Shown piece by piece: positions 19,778-29,736 of a DNA stretch of 64,000 nucleotides. A program made the translations under genes and the position numbers. The first letter of the stretch is position 1. Each line of letters starts with the position of its first letter. The notes under the pieces are model-generated. The model was not told where the DNA came from and searched no databases. It saw only the letters and a list, made by a program, of their open reading frames with translations. The DNA is from an uncultured Gemmatimonadaceae bacterium (lineage in GTDB: Bacteria > Gemmatimonadota > Gemmatimonadetes > Gemmatimonadales > Gemmatimonadaceae), in contig CAWAGQ010000014.1 in the NCBI GenBank assembly GCA_963781585.1, forward strand, positions 64,001 through 128,000. Reading direction: 5' to 3'.

Positions 19778-20374
19778 TCAGAACGAACCTTCCTTCGGCT
19801 GTGGCACAAGTTTGTGGACTTCGACGGCGAGTGTGTCGTAGTCCGATTTCACCAGTACCCGGAACGGCTGCATCTTGAAGGTGATCCGTCCATCAGGGCC
19901 AATCACGTAGACGTGGCGGCTGTCCATCCCGCTCTTCTCGCCGTACACGTCGTACATGCGACTCACCTTCGCCCCGGTGTCGCTCACGAACATGATCGGG
20001 AACGCGGACTCGCGCGACCAGCTTGTCAGCGCGGTGTCGGGATCCACGCTGATGCCGAGTACGACGACGTGCTGGCCGTTGTTGAAGATCGTGGCGTACT
20101 GATCACGGTACGCCTCCATTTGGACCGTTCAACCCTTGGTTCGCGCCTTGGGGAAGAACGCGAGCACGACCGTACTGCCGCGCAGGTCCGAGAGCTTCTG
20201 TCGCCCTCTCAGGGCGCCGTATCGCGTGATGCCGGTGAATTCGAAATCTGGCGCGACCGTTCCCACAGCTGGTCCAACGGGAGCCGGCGCAGCCGGCTGC
20301 TGACCGGCGAGCGGCCACACCATCGCGCTGGCCAGCACTGCGGCGGCGGAAGATCTCCGGAACGCCTTCCTCAT
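19778..20374 (-). CDS. Exported peroxiredoxin (AhpC/TSA, Bcp-like), probable selenoprotein with in-frame UGA at 20129-20131
   Basis: ORFs 20129-20374 and 19778-20119 are in frame and read VVLAFFPKARTKG*TVQMEAYRD. The TGA sits at the peroxidatic Cys of PxxxTxxC. GISVD and R.VYVIGPDG follow. Confidence 0.88.
20093..20114 (-). promoter_or_regulatory. Candidate bacterial SECIS hairpin
   Basis: mRNA GGCGUAC-CGUGAUCA-GUACGCC: perfect 7-bp stem starting 15 nt after the UGA, with G then U at loop positions 2-3. Confidence 0.7.
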
Positions 20375-20636
20375 GATGACTCCGCGTCAGGTGTCCGAAT
20401 CGAGCTGGTCGGAGCCTCAACGATGAAACGTGGAACGCGTGCGCGCAACGCCGACGGACGACGTTCCACACGCAATCGACCCGCTGGGTCTGCAATGCGC
20501 AGTGCTCGATTCCCGGCCCCGCGAGCGCGCGTCGCGAGACCACGGTTCAGCTCCGAAGGGTCCCGCGAAGTGGACATTGCTTTGTCCTGATGGTGGACAA
20601 TCACCACGGCATCCTCTACCCGCTGGGGCAGGAGGA

Positions 20637-20654
20637 CAGGCACGATGCGTGCTT
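20637..20654 (+). promoter_or_regulatory. Putative sigma-54 (-24/-12) promoter
   Basis: AGGCACGATGCGTGCT matches GG-N10-GC with GGCAC, about 35 nt upstream of the 20688 start. Confidence 0.55.
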
Positions 20655-20687
20655 GAGCCACGGTCGTGACGAACGCCCGGAGGGACG

Positions 20688-21167
20688 ATGTCGAGAACAA
20701 CGCTGATTCCATTGCTCGCGCTGCCGGGTCTGGCGCTGCTCGCCGCCTGCGGTTCGGACGCACCGCGACCGGACGCGGGTCTTCAACAGGACTTGTCGCT
20801 GGCGGCGCAGTCGTACCCGTACCAGCCGACCCTCTCGCCAGCAGAGCAGGGGTACGTCGCTGGCTATCCGAACCAGGCCGGCTATCGAGCTCCAGGTGGA
20901 AACGGGGGCTACCACCCGGTGGCGACGAGAGCACCCGGCAGCGGGACTATCTACCGCGCGCCTGCCCCAACCGGGACGGCACGACAGCCGAGCCATGTGG
21001 TCAAGAACACCAGGCGTGACGCGGCGATAGGGGCCGTGGCGGGAGCCGCCATCGGCGCCGTCACGAGTCGCGACAAGTTGAAGGGCGCGGTGATCGGAGC
21101 GGCGGCCGGCGGGCTACTTGGGGCCGTCCTGGGAAACAACGTCGACAAGAAGCGCGTGCCGGATTAA
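20688..21167 (+). CDS. Glycine-zipper lipoprotein
   Basis: RBS GGAGG, lipobox [18 protein letters not shown]...[17 protein letters not shown]. Confidence 0.85.
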   Translation: MSRTTLIPLLALPGLALLAACGSDAPRPDAGLQQDLSLAAQSYPYQPTLSPAEQGYVAGYPNQAGYRAPGGNGGYHPVATRAPGSGTIYRAPAPTGTARQPSHVVKNTRRDAAIGAVAGAAIGAVTSRDKLKGAVIGAAAGGLLGAVLGNNVDKKRVPD

Positions 21168-23959
21168 GCGGGTCGCGCCAATTGCCTCAGGACGTACTGC
21201 AGGATGCCGCCGTGGCGCAGGTAGTGCATTTCCTCGGGCGTGTCCACCCGCGCCTGCACCGTTAACGTGATGCTCGTGCCGTCAGCGCTCCCCGCGGTCA
21301 CAGCGAGTCGGGCCCGCGGCTTCAGCTGGTCGGACAGACCTTCGATCTCATAGGTCTCGAATCCCGAGAGACCGAGCGAATGCCGGGTCTGCCCGTCGGT
21401 AAACTCGAGCGGAAGCACCCCCATGCCGATGAGGTTGGATCGGTGAATGCGCTCGAACGACTCCGCGATCACTGCCCGTACGCCGAGGAGTGCCGTCCCC
21501 TTGGCGGCCCAGTCGCGCGACGATCCCGTTCCATACTCCTTGCCCGCGATGATCAGCAGCGGGACGCCCTGCCGCTGATATTCCATCGCCGCGTCGTAGA
21601 CGGGCACCGGATCGCCTCCCGGTGCCGTGGCCGTCCACCATCCCTCCTTCCCCGGGGCGAGCTCGTTCCGCAGCCGGATGTTCGCGAACGTGCCTCGCAT
21701 CATCACCTCGTGATTCCCGCGCCGCGATCCGTAGGAGTTGAAGTCCTTCCTCTGCACGCCCTGCGACAGCAGCCACTGACCGGCCGGACTTCGCTCGGCG
21801 ATCGACCCCGCCGGCGAGATGTGATCGGTGGTGATGGAGTCGCCGTACATGCCCAGCACCCGCGCCCCGGTCACGGCCCGAATGGGTGAGGGCTCGCGGG
21901 TCATGTTGTCGAAGAACGGCGGATGTTTCACGTAGGTCGACGAGTCGTCCCACGCATAGCGGTCGCCGGACGGCACCGGCAACGACTGCCACTGCTCGTC
22001 GCCGGCGAACACGTTGGCGTACTCGGCGCCGAACATCTCACTCTTCACCGAGCGCAGGATCTCCTCCTGCACCGCACTGGGTGACGGCCAGATGTCGCGC
22101 AGGAATACCGGACCCTGGGAGCCGATGCCTAACGGCTCGCGTTCCAGGTCGATGTCCATGCGGCCGGCCAGGGCATACGCCACCACCAGCGGCGGCGAGG
22201 CCAGGTAGTTGAATCGGGTCTGCGGGTTGATGCGACCCTCGAAGTTCCGATTCCCGGAGAGCACCGCGGCCACGATCAGCTTGCCGTCGTCGACCGCGTG
22301 GGCCACGGTCTCGGGCAGGGGACCGGAATTGCCGATACAGGTGGTGCAGCCGTATCCCACCACCGCGAAGCCGAGCTGCTCCAGGTCGGACAGGACGCCC
22401 GACTTGCGGAAGTAATCGGTGACCACCTTCGACCCGGGCGCTAGTGACGTCTTGACCCAGGGTTTCGACTGCAGCCCCTTCCGGACGGCGTTGCGCGCGA
22501 GCAATCCGGCCGCGAGCATGACCGACGGGTTTGACGTGTTCGTGCAACTGGTAATGGCGGCGATGACAACCGACCCGTGGCGGAGGGTATACGGCATCTC
22601 CGACTCCTCCGTCAGGACGGTGGCGTTCTCCTGGGCGGCGCCCTCCGCGTCCATCTTCTTCGCGTCGGCGGTGGTCGGACTGTCGTTGCTCGCCGTAGCG
22701 GCGGCGGGACTCGATGCCGGGACCGCGCCGGCCAGTCGTCGCAGCTCGGCGCCCAGCGCCTCTTCGAACATCCTCTTCGATTGTCGGAGCGGGATCCGGT
22801 CCTGGGGCCGCTTGGGTCCGGCCAGACTCGGTTCCACGCTTGCCAGATCGAGCTCGACGATGTCCGTGAAGACCGGGTCAGGCGTGTCGTCGGTGCGGAA
22901 GATCCCCTGCTCCCGGCAGTAGGCCTCCACGAGCTGCACCTGCTCCTCGCTCCGTCCCGTGAGGCGCAGGTAGCGGAGAGTCTCCACGTCCACGGGAAAG
23001 AACCCCATCGTGGCGCCGAACTCCGGAGACATGTTTCCGATCGTCGCGCGGTCGGCCACTGACAGGGTGGAAAGCGCGGAGCCGAAGAACTCAACGAACT
23101 TCCCAACGACTTTTTTCTTCCGCAGGATTTCGGTGACCGTCAGCACCAGGTCGGTGGCCGTGGCGCCCGCCGGCAACTTCCCGCGGAGCTTGAATCCCAC
23201 CACTTCGGGCACCAGCATCGAGACCGGCTGGCCCAGCATTGCCGCCTCCGCCTCGATACCGCCAACCCCCCACCCCATCACGCCCAGGCCGTTGATCATC
23301 GTGGTGTGAGAATCGGTCCCAACCAGCGAGTCGGGGTAGGCGAGTGTCTCCTTGCCGTCGCCGTTGACGGGTCTGGTGAAGACCACCCGTCCGAGGTACT
23401 CGAGGTTGACCTGATGGCAGATGCCCGTCCCGGGAGGGACCACCCGGAAGTTCCGGAAGGCATTCTGGCCCCATCGCAGAAACTCGTAGCGCTCGCGATT
23501 GCGCTCCACCTCGAGCGCCGTGTTGATGAGGAGCGATGCTTCCGATCCGTATTGATCCACCTGGACGGAGTGGTCGATGACCAGGTCCACCGGTTGGAGA
23601 GGGTTGATTTGCGTCGCGTCACCGCCCAGCTGGACGATGGCGTCGCGCATGGCAGCGAGGTCCACGACGCAGGGGACGCCGGTGAAATCCTGGAGGAGTA
23701 CGCGGCTCGTTCGGAACGCGATCTCCTTTTCTGTCCGGCCTTTGACATCCCACCGGGCCAGCGCTTCGATATCCGACGCCTTTACCGAGGCACCATCTTC
23801 ACCGCGAAGGAGGTTCTCGAGGAGGATCCTGAGAGAGAATGGCAACCGGTCCGCGTTGCCACCGGAGACACTTTGCAGAGCAGCGAGCCGGAAGATCGTG
23901 TAGCGCCGATCGCCCACTGCAAGCGTCGAGCGCGCGTTGAACGAATCTGGGTGGGACAT
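21164..23959 (-). CDS. acnA: Aconitate hydratase A
   Basis: [62 protein letters not shown] at 23959. Confidence 0.98.
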   Translation of the reverse strand: MSHPDSFNARSTLAVGDRRYTIFRLAALQSVSGGNADRLPFSLRILLENLLRGEDGASVKASDIEALARWDVKGRTEKEIAFRTSRVLLQDFTGVPCVVDLAAMRDAIVQLGGDATQINPLQPVDLVIDHSVQVDQYGSEASLLINTALEVERNRERYEFLRWGQNAFRNFRVVPPGTGICHQVNLEYLGRVVFTRPVNGDGKETLAYPDSLVGTDSHTTMINGLGVMGWGVGGIEAEAAMLGQPVSMLVPEVVGFKLRGKLPAGATATDLVLTVTEILRKKKVVGKFVEFFGSALSTLSVADRATIGNMSPEFGATMGFFPVDVETLRYLRLTGRSEEQVQLVEAYCREQGIFRTDDTPDPVFTDIVELDLASVEPSLAGPKRPQDRIPLRQSKRMFEEALGAELRRLAGAVPASSPAAATASNDSPTTADAKKMDAEGAAQENATVLTEESEMPYTLRHGSVVIAAITSCTNTSNPSVMLAAGLLARNAVRKGLQSKPWVKTSLAPGSKVVTDYFRKSGVLSDLEQLGFAVVGYGCTTCIGNSGPLPETVAHAVDDGKLIVAAVLSGNRNFEGRINPQTRFNYLASPPLVVAYALAGRMDIDLEREPLGIGSQGPVFLRDIWPSPSAVQEEILRSVKSEMFGAEYANVFAGDEQWQSLPVPSGDRYAWDDSSTYVKHPPFFDNMTREPSPIRAVTGARVLGMYGDSITTDHISPAGSIAERSPAGQWLLSQGVQRKDFNSYGSRRGNHEVMMRGTFANIRLRNELAPGKEGWWTATAPGGDPVPVYDAAMEYQRQGVPLLIIAGKEYGTGSSRDWAAKGTALLGVRAVIAESFERIHRSNLIGMGVLPLEFTDGQTRHSLGLSGFETYEIEGLSDQLKPRARLAVTAGSADGTSITLTVQARVDTPEEMHYLRHGGILQYVLRQLARPA

Positions 23960-24164
23960 GACCCGTGAGACGGTGACGGGGACCAGGCACTGGGGTCTTC
24001 CTCGCCCGTGATCCTCCCGGCGGTTGTGCCGACGGCTCGGCAGCTCGACGGAGTCCGCAGCCCCACTCCCTGGCTCCGCCATGTGATGGCGAGGCGCCTT
24101 GTAATTTAGCAGCTTGGATCAGCCGATGTTCGGTGCTCCGCCTCTCCGACTCATGCATTCTGCC

Positions 24165-24437
24165 ATGTCTCGTGCATTTGTCGACGACGACCGCGACGAC
24201 GCCCGCCCCGGGCGATCGTTCCACCTTCCTCCGCGCGACGACCCTTCGTTCGACGCGGCGGCGGCGCTTGCGCTTCTCGAGGCAGCTCGGGTCGGCGACA
24301 CCGGGGCCGCAGAGCGCGCGACGGGATACTACTGGGGGGAACCGAGGCTGCGGCCGTTCGTGCAAGTCGCGTTGGACGATGCGATTCGCGCGGGAGACGA
24401 GCGGCTCGAGCAGCTGGCGCGCCGCTTTCTGCGCTAG
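24165..24437 (+). CDS. Small hypothetical protein beginning MSRAFV
   Basis: 90 aa with a helical C-terminus, divergent from acnA. Confidence 0.65.
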   Translation: MSRAFVDDDRDDARPGRSFHLPPRDDPSFDAAAALALLEAARVGDTGAAERATGYYWGEPRLRPFVQVALDDAIRAGDERLEQLARRFLR

Positions 24438-24447
24438 CGCGACACGG

Positions 24448-25512
24448 CTACGCCGCGGTGACCGCGGTCAACGCTCCCGTTGGGCAGTGGCGTACGAAGT
24501 CACCGTCGGCCGGAGACCACTCAGCCACCCGAGAGCGCGGAACCGCTTTGCCGGCCTTGTCGAGCGCCATCGTGCGCGGGGCGTTCGCCACGCACAGTCC
24601 ACAGCCGTTGCACCGCGCGCGATCGACGCGGATCTGAACGCGCCGGCGCGGGAAGATCCGCCCGCGTGCCCCGATGCAGGTCTCGAGGTCCCGCAGCGCC
24701 TCGGTCGCGGCCACGTAACCGGACTCGATGAACTCGGTCGCGGCGCCGAACCGGAACCAGGCGTGCTGGGCTACCTTGGGACGAATGAGGATCATCGGCG
24801 GACCCTCCCAGCGTGCCAGAGGGATGCCCTGAAGGGCGTGCATCATGACCATCGCGGCGCGCATGGAGATGGACGCGAACCCGCTGGCCGCCACCGTCGT
24901 GTCGGGTGGCAGTTCACCGTTGCCTACGTCAACAGCCACAATGAGGTCCGATTCCCGAGCCACCAGGCCCACCGGGAGGTTGTCCACCGTGCCGCCGTCG
25001 ATGCAGAACCGGCCGTCGACGCGACCGGGCGGGAAGAATCCAGGAAGCGCACAGGACGCGTAGACCGCGTCGTCGACGAACACGTCGCGAAGACCCGGAA
25101 GTCCCCACACCACCTGGGTGCCTAACTGCACGTCCACGGTGTTGACGTACAGCGGCATGGGAATCTCGTCGAACCGCACGTGGGGGACGATGGAGTGAAC
25201 CAGCGCACGCAACGGCTCTTCCAGATAGATTGACGGCGAGTGCATCCGCTCCAGCAGCATCCCCACGTGATTGATCCGAAGGAGATCGCGCCGGCGGAGT
25301 CGTCGGGCGCGCTCGGCGAGGTCCGACACGCTGGCACCGGTGGCGGTCGCGGCGCCCAGCATTGCTCCGACGCTGCTGCCGGCGAGAATCGCCGGCCGGA
25401 TCCCGCGCTCCTCGAGCGCCCGCAGCACCCCGATGTGCGCAAACCCCTTCAGGCCACCCCCGCCCAGGACGAGAGCGATACGAGCAGGCGTTCGGTGTTT
25501 CGCGTTAGGCAT
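24448..25512 (-). CDS. Patatin-like phospholipase fused to a C-terminal ferredoxin-type Fe-S domain
   Basis: LGGGGLKG, GSSVG nucleophile elbow, DGG; C-terminal CNGCGLC...CPTGAL. Confidence 0.88.
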   Translation of the reverse strand: MPNAKHRTPARIALVLGGGGLKGFAHIGVLRALEERGIRPAILAGSSVGAMLGAATATGASVSDLAERARRLRRRDLLRINHVGMLLERMHSPSIYLEEPLRALVHSIVPHVRFDEIPMPLYVNTVDVQLGTQVVWGLPGLRDVFVDDAVYASCALPGFFPPGRVDGRFCIDGGTVDNLPVGLVARESDLIVAVDVGNGELPPDTTVAASGFASISMRAAMVMMHALQGIPLARWEGPPMILIRPKVAQHAWFRFGAATEFIESGYVAATEALRDLETCIGARGRIFPRRRVQIRVDRARCNGCGLCVANAPRTMALDKAGKAVPRSRVAEWSPADGDFVRHCPTGALTAVTAA

Positions 25513-25879
25513 CGGATCTCCGGAGTGACCGAGCGACGCGAACCGTCCAGCTTGCGCCGTCCGTCTGCTGACCGATACCCCAGGTGCGCATCTATCGTGC
25601 CGCGACCGACGCATCGGACCGGCGCACCGTGACGCGCGCCACCGAACCGCCGGGCCTCTTGCGCACTCCGGGGGTCTGGCGCGTGGATCGGCGGCACTGC
25701 ATCCGGAGGTGGGGACCCCGGACCCGCTGGCGGCAAAGTAGGCCGGTGATACCTTTGGCGCCTATGTCAGGGATCACGGCAGCGCCGCGGCTGTGCCGGC
25801 GCGACCCGGCGAGCGCGATGACGGGTGCGATTGGATCGCTCCGGCTCGTCCGGGGAGTCCGGTTCGCGGAAAGGGCCCG

Positions 25880-27076
25880 GTGACTGCGCGCGATCCACTG
25901 CTCGCGTTCCGCGCCGAGTTCCCGATCCTCGCCCGGACGAACTATCTCGTCTCGAATTCGCTTGGGGCGATGCCCCGCGCAGTTCCAGAGCGGCTGGCGG
26001 AGTACGTCGACGCGTGGGCGGAGCTCGGCGTGCGGGCGTGGGCAAGCGGGTGGTGGGAAATGCCCGTGACGGTGGGCGACGCGATTGCTCCGCTCATTGG
26101 CGCGTCGCCCGGCGAGGTGGTCATGGTGCCGAACGTGACGTTGGCCCAGGCCACGGTACTCTCCTCGCTCTCGTATGCCGCGCCGCGCTCGAGAATCGTC
26201 ATGTCGTCGCTGGATTTCCCATCGGTGCGTTACGTCTACGACCATCTGGCCCGGCGGCTCGGCGCCGAGATCGTGGTGGTGAACTCGGACGATGGAATCG
26301 CGATCGACGAGGACCGCCTGCTTGCGGCAGTGGACGAGCGCACGGCGCTGGTGGCCATCTCCAGCGTGCTGTTTCGGTCGGCCTACATCATGGATGTGGA
26401 TCGGATCTGCCGGCACGCGCACTCGGTCGGCGCGCTGGTGTCGCTCGATGCGTTTCACGCGGTGGGGGTCATGCCGGTGGACGTCCGGCGGACCAGTGTC
26501 GACTTCCTGTCAGGCGGCGTGCTGAAGTGGCTGTGCGGCGGTCCCGGCGGATGCTTCCTCTATGCGTCCCCGGAAATGACCGCGCGCACCGCGCCGGCAC
26601 TCACCGGTTGGCAGGCCCACGCGCGTCCGTTCGCGTTCGAGCCCGAGATGGCGTACGCCGAGAGCGCCTTTCGCTGGTTAGGCGGTACACCCGTCATCCC
26701 GGCGCTGTACGCCGCGATCGAGGGACCGCGCATCGTGCGGCAGGCTGGGATCGCTGCCATTCGAGAGAAAAGCACGCGCCAGACCAGCCGCCTGATCACG
26801 CTGGCGGATGAGCGGGGGTACGTGGTGAGGGCGCCTCGGGACGCCGCGCGTCGGGGGGGAACAGTCGCTCTCGACGTCCCGCATGGGTACGAGGTGGCCC
26901 GGTACCTGCTCGCCCGTGACATCCTGGTGGACTTCAGGCCCGGTGCCGGCATTCGCCTGGCGCCGCATTTCTACACCCGGGACGACGAGCTGGATGGCGC
27001 CGTGGCTGCGATCGACGAGGCCCTGGCCACGGGTGACTGGAAGCAGTACTGCGCGACCTCGTCGGTCGTCACCTGA
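25880..27076 (+). CDS. Kynureninase-like PLP-dependent enzyme (class V aminotransferase fold)
   Basis: FRAEFP, YLVSNSLG, DFPS, LDAFHAVG, GVLKWLCGGPG. Confidence 0.85.
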   Translation: MTARDPLLAFRAEFPILARTNYLVSNSLGAMPRAVPERLAEYVDAWAELGVRAWASGWWEMPVTVGDAIAPLIGASPGEVVMVPNVTLAQATVLSSLSYAAPRSRIVMSSLDFPSVRYVYDHLARRLGAEIVVVNSDDGIAIDEDRLLAAVDERTALVAISSVLFRSAYIMDVDRICRHAHSVGALVSLDAFHAVGVMPVDVRRTSVDFLSGGVLKWLCGGPGGCFLYASPEMTARTAPALTGWQAHARPFAFEPEMAYAESAFRWLGGTPVIPALYAAIEGPRIVRQAGIAAIREKSTRQTSRLITLADERGYVVRAPRDAARRGGTVALDVPHGYEVARYLLARDILVDFRPGAGIRLAPHFYTRDDELDGAVAAIDEALATGDWKQYCATSSVVT

Positions 27077-27116
27077 ACGCAGATCCTACGCCATTGGATG
27101 CTATATTCCTGCACAC

Positions 27117-27186
27117 AGCTTTCGGCTGTCAGCTATCAGGTTGAGCAGTCAGTTGCCAGTTCGCAGTCACCCGTCACGAGCCGCAC
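27117..27186. repeat. Degenerate heptamer tandem tract
   Basis: AGCTTTC GGCTGTC AGCTATC ... AGCAGTC AGTTGCC AGTTCGC AGTCACC CGTCACG, intergenic. Confidence 0.55.
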
Positions 27187-27228
27187 GCTCCGGCGTATGC
27201 CCAGGCTTCTCCGACCTCCGACCCCGTC

Positions 27229-27459
27229 ATGCCCACTCCCCCAAAGAAGCTCCGCAAGCAGTTCGGTAACGAGAAGTATCCCGAGATCGTGCTCCGGTTC
27301 GAAGATGGGCATGAGATTCACATTGCGAAGGGCTCCACGAAGTCGTTCGACGCCTGGGCTGGCGAGCGAATCAAGATCCTCGCGATCTGGGATCACACGT
27401 CGGGCGAGCGGGAAAAGGTCGACACCTGGCTGGCGGAGCGCTTCCCGGACGAGGCCTAG
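27229..27459 (+). CDS. Small hypothetical protein (76 aa)
   Basis: Globular composition and typical codon bias. Confidence 0.75.
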   Translation: MPTPPKKLRKQFGNEKYPEIVLRFEDGHEIHIAKGSTKSFDAWAGERIKILAIWDHTSGEREKVDTWLAERFPDEA

Positions 27460-27556
27460 GGTCGGCGGATCCGTGCGGCCGGCCAGTCCGTGACCCACGC
27501 GGACGCTGACCCCGCGTCCAGGCATCGCCTCGATCGGGCACCGATTCGCCATCGCC

Positions 27557-28474
27557 TTGCCGACGAGTGACATCCAGTTCACGCCTGAGGTTGACGCGGC
27601 GCGGCGCGACGGGAGGCCCATAGTCGCGCTGGAGAGTTCGGTGCTGGCGCAGGGACTGCCACATCCCGCGAATTCCGAAGCGGCCCGTCGCATGGCGACC
27701 GCCGCGCGCGCCGCGGGGGCGGTCCCGGCCATTACCGCGATCGTTTCCGGCACTCCCACGGTGGGCCTGACGCCCGACGAACTCACTCGGTTCCTGGCTG
27801 GTGACCGGATTGCCAAGGCCTCGGCGCGCGACCTGCCTGCTGCAATGGCTACCGGCGCCGACGCTGCCACCACGGTGGCCGGTGCGCTGGCGATCTGCCG
27901 GGTGGCGGGACTGCCCGTGTTCGCAACGGGGGGAATCGGCGGAGTGCATCGCGAGCCCGCCTTTGACGAATCGGCCGACCTCACGGAGCTCGGCCGTACT
28001 CCGTTGGTGGTTGTCTGCGCCGGCGCGAAGTCGGTGCTCGACATCGCGGCGACGTTGGAGCGACTGGAAACACTGAGCGTGACGGTGGTCGGGTACCGCA
28101 CGGCCGAGTTCCCGGGATTCCTGGTCGCGAGTACAGGTCTTCCAGTTCCCGCGGTGGTCTCCGACGCGGACGCCATTGCGACGATGTTCCTGAGACACCG
28201 ACTTCTGGGGCTCCCCGGCGCCATTCTCGTCGTTCAGTCGCCGCCGGCCGAGCACGCCTTGGTCCGCGGCGTGGTGGACGAGGCCACAACTCGGGCGCTG
28301 GATGAGGCCAGACGCGCCGGCGTGCGCGGATCAGCCAGCACCCCGTTCCTGCTGGCCGCCATCAACCGGGCGACCGGCGGACGATCGCTGCAGGCAAACG
28401 TTGCGCTGCTGGAAGCCAACGCCCGGCTCGCCGGCGAGATTGCGGTATCGCTCAAGCGGGCTGGCGTGCGGTAA
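27557..28474 (+). CDS. psuG: Pseudouridine-5'-phosphate glycosidase
   Basis: VALESSV..QGLP, ATTVAG, FATGGIGGVHR, DESADL, GAKSVLDI, TPFLL. Confidence 0.95.
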   Translation: MPTSDIQFTPEVDAARRDGRPIVALESSVLAQGLPHPANSEAARRMATAARAAGAVPAITAIVSGTPTVGLTPDELTRFLAGDRIAKASARDLPAAMATGADAATTVAGALAICRVAGLPVFATGGIGGVHREPAFDESADLTELGRTPLVVVCAGAKSVLDIAATLERLETLSVTVVGYRTAEFPGFLVASTGLPVPAVVSDADAIATMFLRHRLLGLPGAILVVQSPPAEHALVRGVVDEATTRALDEARRAGVRGSASTPFLLAAINRATGGRSLQANVALLEANARLAGEIAVSLKRAGVR

Positions 28475-28623
28475 CAGCGTGTGGTGTGCCCGGGGCGCCC
28501 GTCCAACCGTCAAATCATGAGAGGCGTGCTCGAGGGTGATGTGCGTCTTCCCCGGCGGTTGAACTTGGCGCCTCTCCAATAGTACTATAGGCACGCTCGC
28601 TCGCACCGGAGGTCAGTCAAGAG

Positions 28624-29736
28624 ATGCCGGCTCCTTTCATGAGTTCCGAGGAGTACGATGAACGCGCTCACACTCTGTACAACGAAGGGCGGTACGATGA
28701 GGCGCTTGGCGTACTTCGCGAGGGACTCGCGCTCTACCCGAATGCGGTAGAGCTGCACATAGGAGTTGGCTACGCGCGCATCGCACGAGAGGAGTACGCG
28801 TGGGCGCGCCGGAGCTTCGAGGAAGCGCTCATTCTCGACGCGGACCACGAGGATGCGCTCGCCGGGCTCGGAGAGACGCTGCTCAAGTTCGGTCAGACCG
28901 AAGATGCGCTGAAGACGCTGCATCGCGTGCTCGAGCTCGGTTATGAAGACGACGTCGAGCTCATGCTGCAGATGGGCCGCGCTCTGTTCCGCGACGGCCT
29001 GATCGATGCCGCAAAGCAGTATTTCGATATCGCGATGCGGCAGTCTCCCGAGTCGGCGGAAGCGGTGGCTCTGGTGGGATACGCGCAGCATCGGCTGGGC
29101 GACGACGACGCGGCGATTGCCACCCTGCGCCGCGCGCTGCAGCTCGATTCGGATCACGCCGAGGCGCGGATCTATCTCGGCAACATTCTGTATGACCGGG
29201 GGAACTACGAGGCAGCGCTCTACCACCTCGATCACTCTGCGCCCGAGGACCATTGGGATGAACTGGGAATCTGGCGCCTGATCGAGCTGAAGAAGACGAT
29301 CCACCGGTTGAGCGACGATGATCCGGACGTGAAGCGCTGGGAATCGCGCCTGAGCGATCTGGCGGGAGAACCCGACGACATCGACGATATGCTGGCACAG
29401 ATCGAGCAGCGCGCGGCGGATGAGGCGCAGAACCAGTCAAAGAACCAACTGGAGTTGTTCGGGCAGATGCTCGTTGATCTGGCCGACAATCAGCTCGACG
29501 CGGCCCAGCACCGGGTCCTGACCCGTGAAGGGCGGCCGTTCGAAGGGACATGGGACGAGATCGTGGACGAAATGCGCTCGGCAAACACGACTTTCGCGGG
29601 TCGCTCGATCGGTGAGTTCATGCTCAACGAGGCGCGCCGCGGATATTCGCTGACGGGCGTGATCATCCCCACCGAGGACGCCGAGAGCTTCATCAGGGGG
29701 AGTGCGGACGCCGGATTGCTCCGCATCCTCAAATGA
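28624..29736 (+). CDS. TPR repeat protein
   Basis: Multiple 34-aa TPR-like repeats; RBS GGAGG upstream. Confidence 0.88.
   Translation: MPAPFMSSEEYDERAHTLYNEGRYDEALGVLREGLALYPNAVELHIGVGYARIAREEYAWARRSFEEALILDADHEDALAGLGETLLKFGQTEDALKTLHRVLELGYEDDVELMLQMGRALFRDGLIDAAKQYFDIAMRQSPESAEAVALVGYAQHRLGDDDAAIATLRRALQLDSDHAEARIYLGNILYDRGNYEAALYHLDHSAPEDHWDELGIWRLIELKKTIHRLSDDDPDVKRWESRLSDLAGEPDDIDDMLAQIEQRAADEAQNQSKNQLELFGQMLVDLADNQLDAAQHRVLTREGRPFEGTWDEIVDEMRSANTTFAGRSIGEFMLNEARRGYSLTGVIIPTEDAESFIRGSADAGLLRILK

Noticed and set aside
19778..20374. Peroxiredoxin as a pseudogene or two separate genes
   Set aside because: The stop is TGA at exactly the catalytic position, the frame is preserved and a SECIS-like hairpin follows, so recoding is more likely.
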